A stretch of DNA of 64,000 nt from Octopus sinensis (Eukaryota): positions 208,382,001 to 208,446,000 of the forward strand of contig NC_042997.1 in the NCBI RefSeq assembly GCF_006345805.1, read 5' to 3'. Of this stretch, positions 26,110 through 39,456 are shown one piece after another. The position numbers and the translations under genes are program-made. A model generated the notes under the pieces. The model ran no database searches. It was not told the DNA's origin and saw only the letters and a program-made list of their open reading frames with translations. The first letter of the stretch is position 1, and every line of letters starts with the position of its first letter.

Positions 26110-27520
26110 ACCATCTCCGCACTCTTTTGCAAAGAATTCCGTTTTAGTTTCTGAAGAGAATTTCGCTCTTGTTAGGTGTTTTTTTAGGTTTTTGTCCTGT
26201 CGTCTACTGTTTTTTTATGCTATATTTGTTCAATATGTTTTTCATTTTGGGGCTTTGTAAGGCTATTGGTAGGTTTGAATGTATGGTTTGGAAGATGTTG
26301 GTAACTCCAGGGTTGTGTGTGTTTATAAAAGGGATATAGTGTTTTCTTTGTTTTTTTTTTTGGGTGTCCTGAGTGTGTGATGTCTAGTTTTAATGCTCTT
26401 GTGATTCCATTTTCTATAGTTTAAAAATATTTTTGCTCTAGGAGGAAGCTTTTGAGTTCATCTAGTCTTATTAATCGTATTTGTGAATCAGTTACTATGC
26501 TACATTCGTTGGGCCATACTATATGGGATGTTTCTTTTTGTGTGGGATGGGTGGCAGGAGTGGAAATTTAAGTATTGATGTGTGTCAGTTTTTTGTAGTG
26601 GATGTTTGTTGTGACGATGGAGTTGTGTATCTTGATGTTGATGTCTAGGAAGGGAAGTTCGTTGTGGCTGGTATCTATTGTGAAATTGATAGATGGGTGC
26701 AGCGTATTGAGGATGTTGTGGAATGTTTGTAGGTCCTCTTCTGATCTGTTCCAAAAGATATGAACAGTCATCGAGGTAGCGTTTCCACTTTTTCTTGATG
26801 TCTTCTCTGAAGTCGTGTTCGAAGACTTTCCCTATTTCGTCATATAGTTTTTTCTCCAGGAAGCCCATCACCAGGTTGGCATATGAAGGTGCGAATTTTG
26901 TACCCATAGCCGTGCCTTTTATCTGTCGGTATGTCTTGTTGTTGAATGAGAATGTGTTTTCTTCTAGTATTAGTTGGGTGGCTTGGGTGATAAAGTTTGT
27001 CTTGAAGCGTTCGTCTATAAAATTCTCTGTATTTTTCTATTGATTGTTTTATAGCTTCTAGACCTAGGGTGTGTGGTTATGTTTGTGTATAGATTTGTGA
27101 CATCAAAGCTTGCAAGTATGGTGTTTTTCGGGACTGTATTTGGAATGTGTGTGAGGAAGTCTATGTCATCCCTTATGTAGCTTGGAATCTGTGGGCATAA
27201 AGGTTTGAGGAGTATATCTATGAAGTGGCTTAGTTGTTGTGTTGGTGCCTGGGGTCCTGCCACTATTGGTCTCATTGTGAGGTCTGCAGGCCTTTGTACT
27301 CTTATATAGTGGTTCTCTGTTCTTTGTGGCTCTCTGTATTTCCGAGCTTTTATGAATTTTAGGTAATCCATAAAAGTTGCTTTCTTTGGTTTGTGAGTTG
27401 CATAGATACTCTTCCTCCTTATCTGTAAAGGAGTCCTGTTATTCATGACTAAAGTTCTAATTTTCTTTCTTTGCTGTTTTCCGTGGTGTTGGTTCCTTTT
27501 TGTAATATGTCTGGTTGTTC
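26110..27520 (-). mobile_element. Penelope-like element reverse transcriptase, frameshifted
   Basis: RPIVAGPQAPT..LSHFIDILLKP..SYIRD..ASFDVTNLYTNI; GTAMGTKFAPSYANLVMG; WKRYLDD; LPFLDI; YLNFHSCHPSHTKRNIPYS. Truncated by the gap before any GIY-YIG domain. Confidence 0.9.
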
Positions 27521-27750
27521 AGTATAGATATATATATACGTATATATAGATATATATAGATATATATATTTTCCATCTATATATATATATATATATATAA
27601 CTTTTCCATCTCTCTCTCTCTTATATATATATATATATATAGATATAGTTACATAAAGATATATATATATATAGATATATATAGATATAGATATAGATAT
27701 AGAAATATAGATATATATAGATATAAATATAAATATATATAGAGAGAGGT

Positions 27751-30700
27751 GGAAAATTGGTCGGAAAAATCATGGAAAGTTCCGAGGATTTCATGCAAAG
27801 TTCCGGGGGTTTCCTAATTTCCCGGAAAATTGAGCGGAAACATCCTTGAAAGTTCCGAGGACTTCGTGGAAGTTTCCGGAGATTTCCCAAATTCATCGAA
27901 AATTGGTCGGAAACTCCATGGGACGTTCCTGGGATTCCCCAACTTCCTCGGAAATTGATCGGAAACATCCTGGAAAGTTCCGGTGATTTCCCAACCTCCT
28001 GGAAAATTAGTCGAAAACATCCTTGAAAGTTCCGGGGTTTCCCAAACTGCCAGGAAAATTGATCGAAAATTCCATTGAAAGTTCCGAGGATTCCTATTTT
28101 CCTGGATAATTGCTCGAAAAGTTCCTGGAAAGTTCCGAGGATTTCCCACTTCCCTGCGAAATTGGTGGGAAACATCCTGTAAAGTTCAGAGGATTTTCTG
28201 AAAATTCTCTGGAAAATTGGTCGAAAACTTCCCGGGAAGTTCCGATGGTTTCGTGGAATCCCCCAAAATTCCTGAACAGTTCCGGGGAATTTCAATTTTC
28301 CTCAAAAATATTTCGGAAAATTCCTGGAAAGTTCCGGGGATTTCTCAATTCCCGGGGAAATTGGTCGGAAACATCCTGGAAAGTTCCGAGGATTTCATGG
28401 AAAGTTCCGGGGATCCCCCACTTCCTGCAAATTTCCGAGTATTTCATGGAAAGTTCCGGGTATTTCCCAATAGCATGTGAAATTGGTCGGAAACATCCGG
28501 GAAACTTCCGATGATTTCCTGGAAATTTCCGGGGGTTTTGCAACTCCCTGGAAAATTGGTCGAAAACTTCCTGGGAAGTTCCGAGGATTTCATGGAACGT
28601 TCCGACAATTTCCTGGAATTTTCAGGGTGTTTTGCAACTCCCTGGAAAATTGGTCGAAGAGTTCCTGGAAAGTTCCGAGGGTTTCATGGAAAGTTCCGGG
28701 GTTCCCCCAAAATTCCTGGAAATGTTCCGGGGATTTTTAATTATCCTGGGAAATATTTCGGTAACTTCCTGGAAAGCACCGCGGATTTCTCAATTCCCGG
28801 ATAAATTGATCGGAAACATCCTGGAAAGTTCCGAGGGTTTCATGGAAAGTTCCGAGGGTTTCAGGGAAAGTTCCAGGGATTTTCCCAATTCCCTTGGAAA
28901 TTGGTCGGAAACATCCTGGAAAGTTCCGAGGATTTCATGGAAAGTTCCGGGGGTTCCCGCACTCACTAAAAATTGGTTGAAATCTTCCTGGGAAGTTCCG
29001 AGGATTTCATGGAAAGTTCCGAGAATTTCCCAATTCCCTGGAAAATTGGTCGGAAACATTCTGGAAAGTTCCGATGATTCCATGGAAAGTTCCGGGTATT
29101 TTCCAATACCCTGGGAAATTTGTCGGAAACATCCTGGGAAGTTCCGAGGATTTCATGGAAAGTTCCGTGGATTTCCCAATTCCCTGGGAAATTGGTCGGA
29201 AATATCCTGGAAAGTTCCGATGATTTCATGGAAAGTTACGGGTATTTCCCAATTGCCTATGGAATTGGTCGGAAACATCCTGGAAAGTTCCGAGTATTTC
29301 CTGGAAATTTCCGGAAAATTTCCCTGGAAAATTGGTCGAAAAGTTCCTGGAAAGTTCCGAGGATTTCATGGAAAGTTCTGAGGATTTCCCAATTCCTACG
29401 AAATCGGTGGAAAATATCCTGGAAAGTTCCGAGGATTTTCTGAAAACTCCCTGGAAAATTGGTCGGAAACTTCCTGGGAAGTTCCGGTGGTTTCGCGGAA
29501 AGTTCCGGGGATCCCCAAAATTCATGGAAAGTTCAATTTTCCTGAGAAATATTTCGGAAACTTCCTGGAAAGTTCCGGGGATTTCTCAATTCCCGGAGAA
29601 ATTGATCGGAAACATCCTGGAAAGTTCCGATGGTTTCGTGGAAAGTTCCACGGATTTCCCAATTGCCATGGAAATTGGTCGGTAACATCCTGGAAAGTTC
29701 CGAGGATTTCATGGAAAGTTCCGGAGATTCCCGCACTCACTGGAAAAGTGGTCGAAATCTTCCTGGGAATTTCCGAGGATTTCATGGAAAGTTCCGGAGA
29801 TCCCCGACTTCCTGGAAAGTTCCGACTATTTAATGGAAAGTTCCGGGGATTTCCTAATTCCCTGGGAAATTCGTCGGAAACATCCTGGAAAGTTCCGAGT
29901 ATTCCATGGAAAGTTCCGGGTATTTCCCAATACCCTGTGAAATTGGTTGGAAACATCCTGGAAAGTTCCGAGGATTTCCTGGAAATTTCCGGTTTTTTTG
30001 CAACTCCCTGGAAAATTGGTCGAAAACTTCCTGGGACGTTCCGAGGATTTCCTGGAAATTTCCGGGGTTTTGCAACTCCCTGGAACATTGGTCGAAAAGT
30101 TCCTGGAAAGTTCCGAGGATTTCATGGAAAGTTCTGAGGATTTCTCGATTCCTACGAAATCGGTGGAAAATATCCTGGAAAGTTCCGAGGATTTTCTGAA
30201 AACTCCCTGGAAAATTGGTCGGAAACTTCCTGGGAAGTTCCGATAGTTTCGTGGAAAGTTCCGGGGATCCCCAAAATTCCTGGAAGGTTCAATTTTCCTG
30301 GGAAATATATCGGAAACTTCCTTGAAAGTTCCGGGGATTTCTCAATTCCCGGAGAAATTGATCGGCAACATCCTGGAAAGTTCCGAGGGTTTCGTGGAAA
30401 GTTCCACGGATTTCCCAATTCCTATGGAAATTGGTCGGTAACATCCTGGAAATTTCCGAGGATTTCATGGAAAGTTCCGGGGATTCCCGCACTCATTGGA
30501 AAAGTGGTCGAAATCTTCCTGGGAAGTTCCGAGGATTTCATGGAAAGTTCCGGGGATCCCCGACTTCCTGGAAAGTTCCGACTATTTAATGGAAAGTTGC
30601 GGCGATTTCCCAATTCCCTGAGAAATTCGTCGGAAACATCCTGGAAAGTTCCTAGTATTCCATGGAAAGTTCCGGGTATTTCCCAATACCCTGTGAAATT

Positions 30701-30925
30701 GGTTGGAAACATCCTGGAAAGTTCCGAGGATTTCCTGGAAATTTCCAGGGGTTTTGCAACTCCCTGGAAAATTGGTCGAAAACTTCCTGGGACGTTCCGA
30801 GGATTTCCTGGAAATTTGCGGGTGTTTTGCAACTCCCTGGAAAATTGCTCGAAAACTTCCTGGGAAGTTCCGAGGTTTTCATGGAAAATTCCGGGGATCC
30901 CCCGAGGATTTCATGGAAAGTTCAA
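27751..30925. repeat. Complex satellite, ~21-bp subunits with a 756-bp higher-order repeat
   Basis: ggaaagttccgaggatttcat / ggaaattggtcggaaacatcct subunits; cctacgaaatcgg at 29395 and 30151, ccgcactca at 29731 and 30487 (both 756 apart). Confidence 0.9.
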
Positions 30926-31137
30926 GGAAACACAAAGAACGACCCTTCATTAGTTGTCAGTTTTTTGTAATCTACATTTCGAGTAAGCGCGTCGTAGGTA
31001 TAAAGATACCATGAGCAATTATAAAAATGGAGAAAAGATGTTAAAAAATCAAAATTGGATTTAATAAGTACATACGAATGTTTCAAAGGGCAATACAAAT
31101 ATGTAGGGAAAAAATTATAATTATTATATATGTGTGT

Positions 31138-31325
31138 GCATTAATGTTTGTGTGTTGTGTATTAATGTTTGTTTGTGTGTGCATTAATGTTTGTGTGTGT
31201 GTGTATTAATGTTTGTATGTGTGTATGTGTGCGTTAATGTTTGTCTGTGTGTGTATTTATGTTTGTGTGTGTGTGTATTAATGTTTGTGTGTGTGTTAAT
31301 GTTTGTGTGTGTTTGTATATTAATG
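31138..31325. repeat. Minisatellite attaatgttt(gt)n
   Basis: About 9 copies. Confidence 0.85.
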
Positions 31326-32412
31326 GTTGCTTTTATGTTTTGAGAACACTTTTACATTAAACTAAAGGATTATTCAATGCATTTGATAGAATGCAAATTA
31401 TTATTCTTTAACAAGAAAGTATTGATAGTGACTTCGAAGTTTTGGCCAGCTAAACCATCCTGAGAGAGTTCGATGATGGCTTCAAAGCTGTGACTACAAA
31501 GTCACTACATACGTGTGTGTCTGTGCGTGTGTGTGTGTGTGCATATGCATGTGTGCATATGCATGTGTGTATATGTTTCCCATGTGTCTTCATAGCAGAA
31601 TATGATGGAAACACACACACCCACACACACCTGGCTTAACCTCTATGTGTTTGAGCAGACTCACCTGTAATACAATTCCATGAACACCTGTGTCATCATT
31701 TAATTGTTCAATTTTTTGTAGAATCTAGAGGAAAAGATAAAACATTCAGTGCTGTCATCACAACTGAGAGGAGAAAGAGATGGAGGGGAGAGAGAGAGAG
31801 AGAGAGAGAGGAGGAAAGACAGAGACGGAAGAAGATACAGAGTGAGTGAGTTTCTTGTTGTTGTTTGTTCCTTCTCGATCCACACCTGGCTCATAAGGGC
31901 CAGTTTCCTTGGCGTATAGTTTCCCCACCTGGACAGGGAGTAAATCCAAACTTACAGGGAAAAATTAGATTTAGGAATAATATATATATACATGCCAGGC
32001 ACATGCTGTCACTAATTACCCAGGGTAGGCAGTTGGTGACCTTTATGTAATAAAACACACACAAAAAATAAGCGAAACACAGAAGCACGACTGAGTTGGA
32101 TTCAAATTTACAACATGTAAAGAAAACGTTGTTGTAGGAATGTACGCAACACATGCACTACAGCAATACTATGTGTAGCTTAAATACCGAGATTGAAAAG
32201 CAGGGACGAATTATGCCTACCAAATCTACAAAAAAATAAAATATTTTGCATTTTATGCATAGCATTCAGAATAACCTTCATGATTTTATTGAATTTGGGG
32301 CATATTTAGCCATAAAAAAATATTGCTATCGATCTATTTTATTCAGGGTTGGCACTGCCTACCTTACCTACCCAGGTGGTACGTCCCTGATATATACATA
32401 TATATAGTAAAA

Positions 32413-32770
32413 TAGCTGCTTTCTCGTATACGAGCAAGGCTATTGTTGGAAAGAATCATTGAAACGAGTCATTGATGATGCAATGTGAATCCCTTGCATG
32501 ACTCTTGAGTCCGGCCAGAGATTTGCACATTCTATTGCGTAATGCACAGTTGTGCTGGCTGGCAGAGGAAACAGGTGTCACAGTTTGAAGTCTTTTGACA
32601 TACCTTTTCAATCTTCCAAACCGAAAGGCACACCTTTCCACAGAGTGGCACATGTTCTGTTGTGAGCAATAGTTGCATTACAATTTTCAAGGGTTTGATT
32701 CCTGTGAGGTCCCTGGTGGTTGACCAGGCCTGCACTACTCAAACATTTCCACCCACAAATCACACACATA
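32413..32770 (-). mobile_element. LINE 3' end with degenerate C2H2-like motifs (RTE-like)
   Basis: CVICGWKCLSSAGLVNH and CALRNRMCKSLAGLKSHAR in broken frames. Confidence 0.55.
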
Positions 32771-32807
32771 AAAACCAACACTCTTTCATTTTCCACGCAT
32801 ACACACA

Positions 32808-33007
32808 TTCTTTTACTTGTTTCAGTCATTTGACTGCGGCCATGCTGGAGCACTGCCTTTAGTCGAACAAATCGGTCCCAGGACTTATTCTTTGTAAGCC
32901 TAGAACTTATTTTATCGGGGTCCTTTTGCCGAACCGCTAAGTTACAGGGGCGGAAACACACCAGCATTGATTGTTAAGTGATCGTGGGAGGACAAACAAA
33001 CGCACAA

Positions 33008-33039
<32 letters not shown>

Positions 33040-33190
33040 GACGGGTTTCTCTCAGTTTCCGTCTACCAGATCCACTCACAAGGTTTTGGTTGGCATGAGG
33101 CTATAGTAGAAGACACTTGCTCAAAGTGCCATGCGGTGAGACTGAACCCGGAACCATGGCAAGCAAGCTTCTTACCACACAGCCGCTCCT
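32808..33190 (-). mobile_element. SINE family A, near full length
   Basis: Head caggagcggctgtgtggtaagaag; internal microsatellite; tail ccagcatggccgcagtcaaatgactgaaacaagtaaaaga. Confidence 0.9.
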
Positions 33191-33376
33191 GAACTTATTT
33201 ATATATATATATAATATATGTGCGTGTGTATATATATATATATATAATATATATATATATATATACATACATATATACATATATACATATATATGTGTGT
33301 GTGTATGTGTGTATGTATATATATATATATATATACACATATATACATATATATTTATATATATATATATATATAA

Positions 33377-33657
33377 CTGGCACTCCATCGGTTACGATGA
33401 CGAGCGTTTCAGTTGATCCGATCAGTAGAATAGCCTGCTCATGAAACTGACGTTGAATTGGTTGAGTATCCCATAGACATACATACCCTTAACGTAGTTC
33501 TCAGGAAGAAATATAAGTACAACTCATTTTTGCCAGTTGAGTGTGGTGAAGCAATGTGAAATAAATTGCCTTGCTCAATGACGCGACCCACTACCAGGAA
33601 TCGAACTCGCGAACCTGCGATGGTGAGCCGAACACCCTAACCACTAAGCACCGCACC
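33377..33657 (-). mobile_element. tRNA-headed SINE sharing its 3' tail with family C
   Basis: Tail matches gatcggatcaac..tcgtcgtaaccga of 49552-49935; head cttagtggttagggtgttcggctc..gagttcgattcc. Confidence 0.7.
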
Positions 33658-33700
33658 TATATATATATATATATATATACATATATATTATATATATATA

Positions 33701-33844
<144 letters not shown>

Positions 33845-34814
33845 CTGCATAAATAGCTGAGAATGCATGTTGGTTGCTTGGTTGCTTGGTATATGTAATC
33901 ACGCCCTATGCCGTACAGAGATAGGAAGAGAGAGAGAGAAAGTTGACATACGATATATAGAATGCATGCACATACCAGGTTTGGTGACTGGCAATGAGTA
34001 AGGGAACGCTACACAAAACACACCCACAACACATTCACACGCGCAGGCACACACATTGGGCGAAAATCATTAAGACAGCAATAGGAGGAGGGTGGAGTAA
34101 GAGATAGAGGAGGAGTAGAAGGAGAAGGAGGAGTTGAAGAAAATGAGAAAGAAGAGTGGGAGTAAATGAAGAAGTTGCTATGGGAGGAGTTATGCAAATG
34201 AGAAATTTGTGTAATTCAGTTCTATTTTAAATTTTTTTTTTTCGAAAATTAGTATCCATTTCATTATTTTGCATAATAATCACGCAAGTTGATAAAAATT
34301 ATAAATATAATTATAATTATCGTGTATGTATGCCATATTTCCTACTTCTACGACCACCACCATCATCATCACCATCACACGATTATCATCATTTTCATTG
34401 TCATTTTTTTCATCCTCATCATCATCTTCATAACCACCACCCCTCCATCACCACGATCATCATCATCATCATTATCATCATCATCATTACATTATTAGAT
34501 ACATATGGCTTCACCAAACAGGAAGCGATAGATAACAACGAAAATATCTCATTAAACAAAACAAAAAAGAACAGCAAAAAACAAGCAACAACCGACAAAA
34601 TCCCCGCCAAAAATATAACCAAGATAAAGGTGACACAATGTACCCGGAATGTTATAGAAAAACATATCAACTTTGCGAAGACAATGGAGAGAAAATCTAA
34701 AACTGGAAACATGCGCAACCACCTAGAACTGTCATATCGCAAAGAAAAGGGGGTTCTTTTTAGTTTATTATTTTTCTTACTTCCTCTGTTTTGAGTGACT
34801 AACAAAATATGGAA

Positions 34815-34968
34815 CAATGGCTGTGCGGTAAGAGGTTTGTTCCCCAACCACATTATTCCGGGTTCAGTCCCACTTTCTGGCTTCTTGGGGCAACTAGCTA
34901 CGGTAACCTCGGGCCGACAAGGGTCTTATGGGTGGATTTGGTAGTCGGAAACAAAGAAATCCTTCGTG
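34815..34968 (+). mobile_element. SINE family A, degraded 5' half
   Basis: ggctgtgcggtaag..gggttcagtcccact..gtggatttggtag. Confidence 0.75.
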
Positions 34969-35017
34969 TCATATTTATCTACCTATCTATCTATTAATTT
35001 ATATATATATATATATA

Positions 35018-35202
35018 TAAACAAAGATAAATGCGATACAATAAAATTAATTATAATCGCCGGTGTACCAGTACACGCCATATATTATCCATATCATTAC
35101 ATTCAAGGCGAAGAGTGTACTAGATACACAATAGCTGGATAAATTTAGTGAGATGAGAATAAAAACTTTTACAAACTAACTTTCTTATACTGCAGTTTCG
35201 CC
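35018..35202 (-). mobile_element. Diverged partial relative of the 396-bp HHR repeat unit
   Basis: aaacaaagataaatgcgata..attataatcgc..aaggcgaa..tactgcagtttc aligns with 49980-50165. Confidence 0.75.
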
Positions 35203-35231
35203 ATATATATTATATATTATATATATTATAT

Positions 35232-35272
<41 letters not shown>

Positions 35273-35337
35273 AAAAATACATATACCTAACATATACATA
35301 TGTAGTATGTATGTATGTATGTATGTATGTATAACAT

Positions 35338-36000
35338 GCTTCTCAGAACCAGAAGAAGAAAGCTAATTCGAAGACCAAATCCAATCCATCACCGGAACTG
35401 TGAAAATCTGTGGAACTTTCCAGAAGTTTATCCTTTAAATATATATGAGCATGTCTACATATGTAACTATACGCATGAGAATACGTATATAAAACACACA
35501 AATTTGCACATTTGCATACATATATACATACATAATTACATACGTAAATACATACATACCAGTCTTGAGAAATTAGGCTTCTCAAAACCAGAAAGGAGAA
35601 AGCTAATTCGAAGACTACAGATCCAATCCATCACTGGAACTGAAAAAATCTGTAAAACTTTCCAGAAATTTATCATTTAAATATATATGAGCATGTCTAG
35701 ATATGTAGCTATATACGTGAGAATACATACATGAAACAAACCATGTATACATAACCTTGGATCTAGGTTAGAAACCGGTTCTTTCTCTATTGGCAAGAAA
35801 TCTTGAAATAAACTGAATAACGACATACATACATGCATGCACACATACATACATACATACGTACATACATACATACATACATACATACATACCCTGTTAC
35901 TCTTGTTGAAATTCCAATGAAGGAGCCTTGGATCTAGGCTTGTTACCGGTTCTTTCTCTATTGGCAAGAGATCTTGAAATAAACTGAATAACGACATACA
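35338..36000 (+). mobile_element. Modular non-autonomous repeat (duplicated modules separated by (TACA)n)
   Basis: gaaagctaattcgaagac..atccatcac.ggaactg twice and ccttggatctagg..accggttctttctc twice; further copies at 42170-42370 (-) and 57160-58870. Confidence 0.75.
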
Positions 36001-36721
36001 TACATAAGGGGAGATTGTACGTGTCTGTGTTTGACCTCCGTCACCGCTTGACAACCGGTGTTGGTATGTTTACAACCCTGTAGCTTGGCGGGTCGGCAAA
36101 TAACTACCAAAGTTTATAAAAAATAAAGCACTGGGGTCCATTCATCCGACAAAAATTTCTCAAGACACTGTTCCTGCATGGTCGCAGTCCAATGAACGAA
36201 ACAAGTGAAGAGTAAAAGATTTATTGTTGATATGTTCTGGCAGATTCGAACGTGAATTTGCCAATCGCTGTTGTTTTTCCTCATCGTAAAGCGTCTACCG
36301 TTAGCCAATGTGTGTTCATAAAACCACGTGATTCACCGGTGTAAGATTTGGTGGATACTGCGGTGTTTTGACCTTATTGTGTGTCTCCTCATCCAAAGCT
36401 GCCCCTACCGGACCAATGAATCGAACAAGAGTGCAGGCATTTGTTTACAGAAACAAAAACAACAACAAATTATTTGGTGAGGTTTGTCGAACAATTTTTT
36501 AGTAAAATAATGTTGGCTTCATTATGGATGTTGAACGATCAACAACTTAAAGTATGACTAGATTAGGTGGCGATATATATACACAGATACATATGTATAA
36601 TGTATGTATATATGTATCTATGTATACACGTGCATATATATATATATACACATAATTATATATATTAATATATATATATATATTATATATATATATATAT
36701 ATATAATAGAAAAAGAAAAAC

Positions 36722-36908
36722 AGAGAAATTGACATATAGACATCAATTTATTAGAACATAATTAAATTCTGAACGATATCGAACTCAATTTCACCTACAA
36801 TTGTTTCCATACCCAATTACCATGGAAACTATTGTAGGTGAAACTGAGTTTCATATTGTTCAGAATTGTATTATGTTCTAATAAATTGATGTCTATATTT
36901 CAGTTTTT
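36722..36908. repeat. ~185-bp palindrome with HHR 3' halves (GAAAC(A/T)ATTGTA) on both arms
   Basis: atagacatcaatttattagaacata ... tatgttctaataaattgatgtctat. Confidence 0.8.
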
Positions 36909-37259
36909 CCGATAATTTTTTTTCTACATGAAAAATAGTATACCCATTTCCATCAACGCGAAGCTAACAGCTTTGGTTTTTTATTGATATACTGGATAAA
37001 CTGGGGAACTTGGATGCTGGCATCCTTTTAAGAGGAATTTATATTCTTGATTTAATTATATATATATATATATATCTATGTGAGTTAGAGGTTGGGAAAC
37101 CAACAATGTAAGGGATTAGTACCTATCCAATATACTGCTGGTAGTGTACCCAATTATTTCAGAGTCAAGTGCTAGTTATTGCATGGTAATCTCCCAATTG
37201 AGTATCATATATAGGCGTGGGTAAAATAGTGATTTACCCATGATTTATACGGCAAATAA

Positions 37260-37632
37260 GAAAACGGAGAGGATACAGAATTGACAGACATCAGCCAGTA
37301 AACATTCAAGTATGTCTATTCAGATAAATACACACAAATGTATGACTGATACAAATTAACGGGTGGAAAAAGCTGGTAACTGCATAAACAAGGGTGTGAA
37401 TACATACAAGTATATAGAAACAAATGAGCAAAATTTTAATGGGTGTGCAGCTAATAGTTTCCTACGGCCGTTTCTGCCAAGTGGCAACAAAATCTTCCAG
37501 TTACCAGCATTTCCACTCGTTAATCTGTATCACTCATATATGTGTGTGCATTCCTTCAATACAATTAAATAAATAGACATACTTGAATGTTTACTGGCTG
37601 ATGCCTGTCAATTGTATATCCTCTCCGTCTTC
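37260..37632. repeat. Long imperfect inverted repeat (~120-bp arms)
   Basis: gacagacatcagccagtaaacattcaagtatgtctatt versus aatagacatacttgaatgtttactggctgatgcctgtc. Confidence 0.8.
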
Positions 37633-38059
37633 TATATATTCATATATATATTTATATATACATATATATATAGCCAAAAGTGGAACAAGAACGCAATAGG
37701 CGACAATAAAACATCCGGACAAATAGACGACACAAAGAGGGACAGAAAAAACAACAAAATGATGGACAGGAAAAAGCAAGTACGAGTCATTCGCAGCCTT
37801 CTCTCATCAGTCAAGTTTCCAGATCATCCTTGCAGTTTCGGCCGGTTACACTTGAGACTGTTCGAATCTGGCCGGCCCCAAAAATCTAAGCTAAGAGCGT
37901 TAATTTTTTTAGGAGAAAGCAAGCGAATGTGTACAACAAAGACAAAAAAACGGAGAAAATGTTACACAATTACAAATAAAAACAATAAAAACAGGTTCTT
38001 TTGACCAATAAAGACGAATCAAGTTGAGCTGGCGTGTATAGAGTGGATTTCTTGAGGCA

Positions 38060-39410
38060 GGAATATAGGAGATGAACATTAATCAGCAAGATGTTCGAAA
38101 CCATCCTTAAGAAAAGTATGATGCTCCACCTCCAAAACACAGCCTCTATCTCTGATTCCCAACACGGCTTCGTGCCGAAGAGATCATGCTTGACCAACTT
38201 ACTGGTAATGGCAAGAATTAGTGACGCGCATCCTCGATGATAGTGATGCTGTTGACATCGTTTATTGGACTTTGCCAAGCTTTTGACTCGGTAAACCACC
38301 GCTATTACTCGTCAAGCTTCAAGCATATAGTTTCCATCATCCATCGGATATGTACGAGGGTTGGTGCCTTCCTCTCAGAATCGCTCCTTCCAAGTCCAAG
38401 TTAATGGTTCGCGGTCGACGTCTCCAGTGCGAGCATGGCGTGCCTCAAGGTTCAGTGCTTGGGCCCTTATGTTCTTAGTCTTCATAAAGACTTGCCCGAC
38501 GACCTCACGAAACACACCCTCTATTTGCCGACGATATCAAACTGGTCGCTCATCGCGGTGATATAGAGGATCTTCGTCGATGCCTCCACCAAATTTGGAA
38601 GTGGTCTAACGAATGGGACCTGTGTCTGAACGTGTCAAAGTGCTGTCATCTGCCTGTTGGCTCTCCTCCTCGCAACTCAACTTGATTTCGAGCCGGGTCG
38701 TCTGCTGCTGGAGAGGACCGATCAGGTAAAGGACCTGGGGTATCTTGGTGGATTCCTCCTTTTCGCCTTCGGCCCAGTGCGTCCATGCTGCCAACAAAGC
38801 ACGCGAATTCTGTTCTTGATTCGACGGTCATTCGGAATGCTCACAGCAGCCATATTCCTACCACTATGTCACGCTGGTGAGACCCATATTGGGAGTACGG
38901 GATTCAAGCCTCTTCTTATCTCCTCAAAGACATACAGCATCTCGAAAGAGTCCAGAAGCTGGCTACCCGCATGGTTCATGGTCTCAAAAATTTGTCCTAT
39001 GAAGAAGGCTGAGGACGCTCGACCTTTATTCTCTTGAAAAACGCCGCCGCCGTGTGATCTCATTCTCTCGCCCACAACATCATAAGCGGAAAGTGTAACC
39101 TCTCGAAAGAGCTGTTCTTCACTCCTGCTCCAGAGCGAGCGTCGCGCGGGGTCATTCCGAAAAGCTCTACCCGGCGACGATTTCATCTCAATCGAGGAGA
39201 GGAGCTTTTCTCCGTCCGGTTGCGGATCCGTGGAACAGCTGCCAGACGAGATGGTGAAGATGCCAACGACCGCTTTGTTCAAAGCCTCCCTTGACCTCAA
39301 GTGGCCTGAACTCTTTACATGAACACCACCCTGTACTTAACTCTATGTCCCCCTACATGGCCTTGCTATTTGCTTTTGAGCCAAATTAACTAACTAACTA
39401 ACTAACTAAC
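38060..39410 (+). mobile_element. 5'-truncated CR1-group LINE with (TAAC)n tail
   Basis: SKMFETILKK..SDSQHGFVPKRSCLTNLL, LDFAK..DSVNH, FADDIKL, VKDLG, LVRPILEY; tail 39387-39410; many 1-nt deletions. Confidence 0.85.
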
Positions 39411-39456
39411 ATGAGCGATGTCTATATGTCAATTTCTCCGTTTTCTTTTTTTCTAA

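Noticed and set aside
27621-31014. Many overlapping 100-250-aa ORFs on both strands; superficially CRISPR-like periodicity
   Set aside because: Stop-poor satellite with no unique spacers and no cas genes, in a eukaryotic context
32456-32770. Possible host C2H2 zinc-finger exon
   Set aside because: Degenerate, frameshifted and lacking TGEKP linkers; fits a LINE C-terminus better
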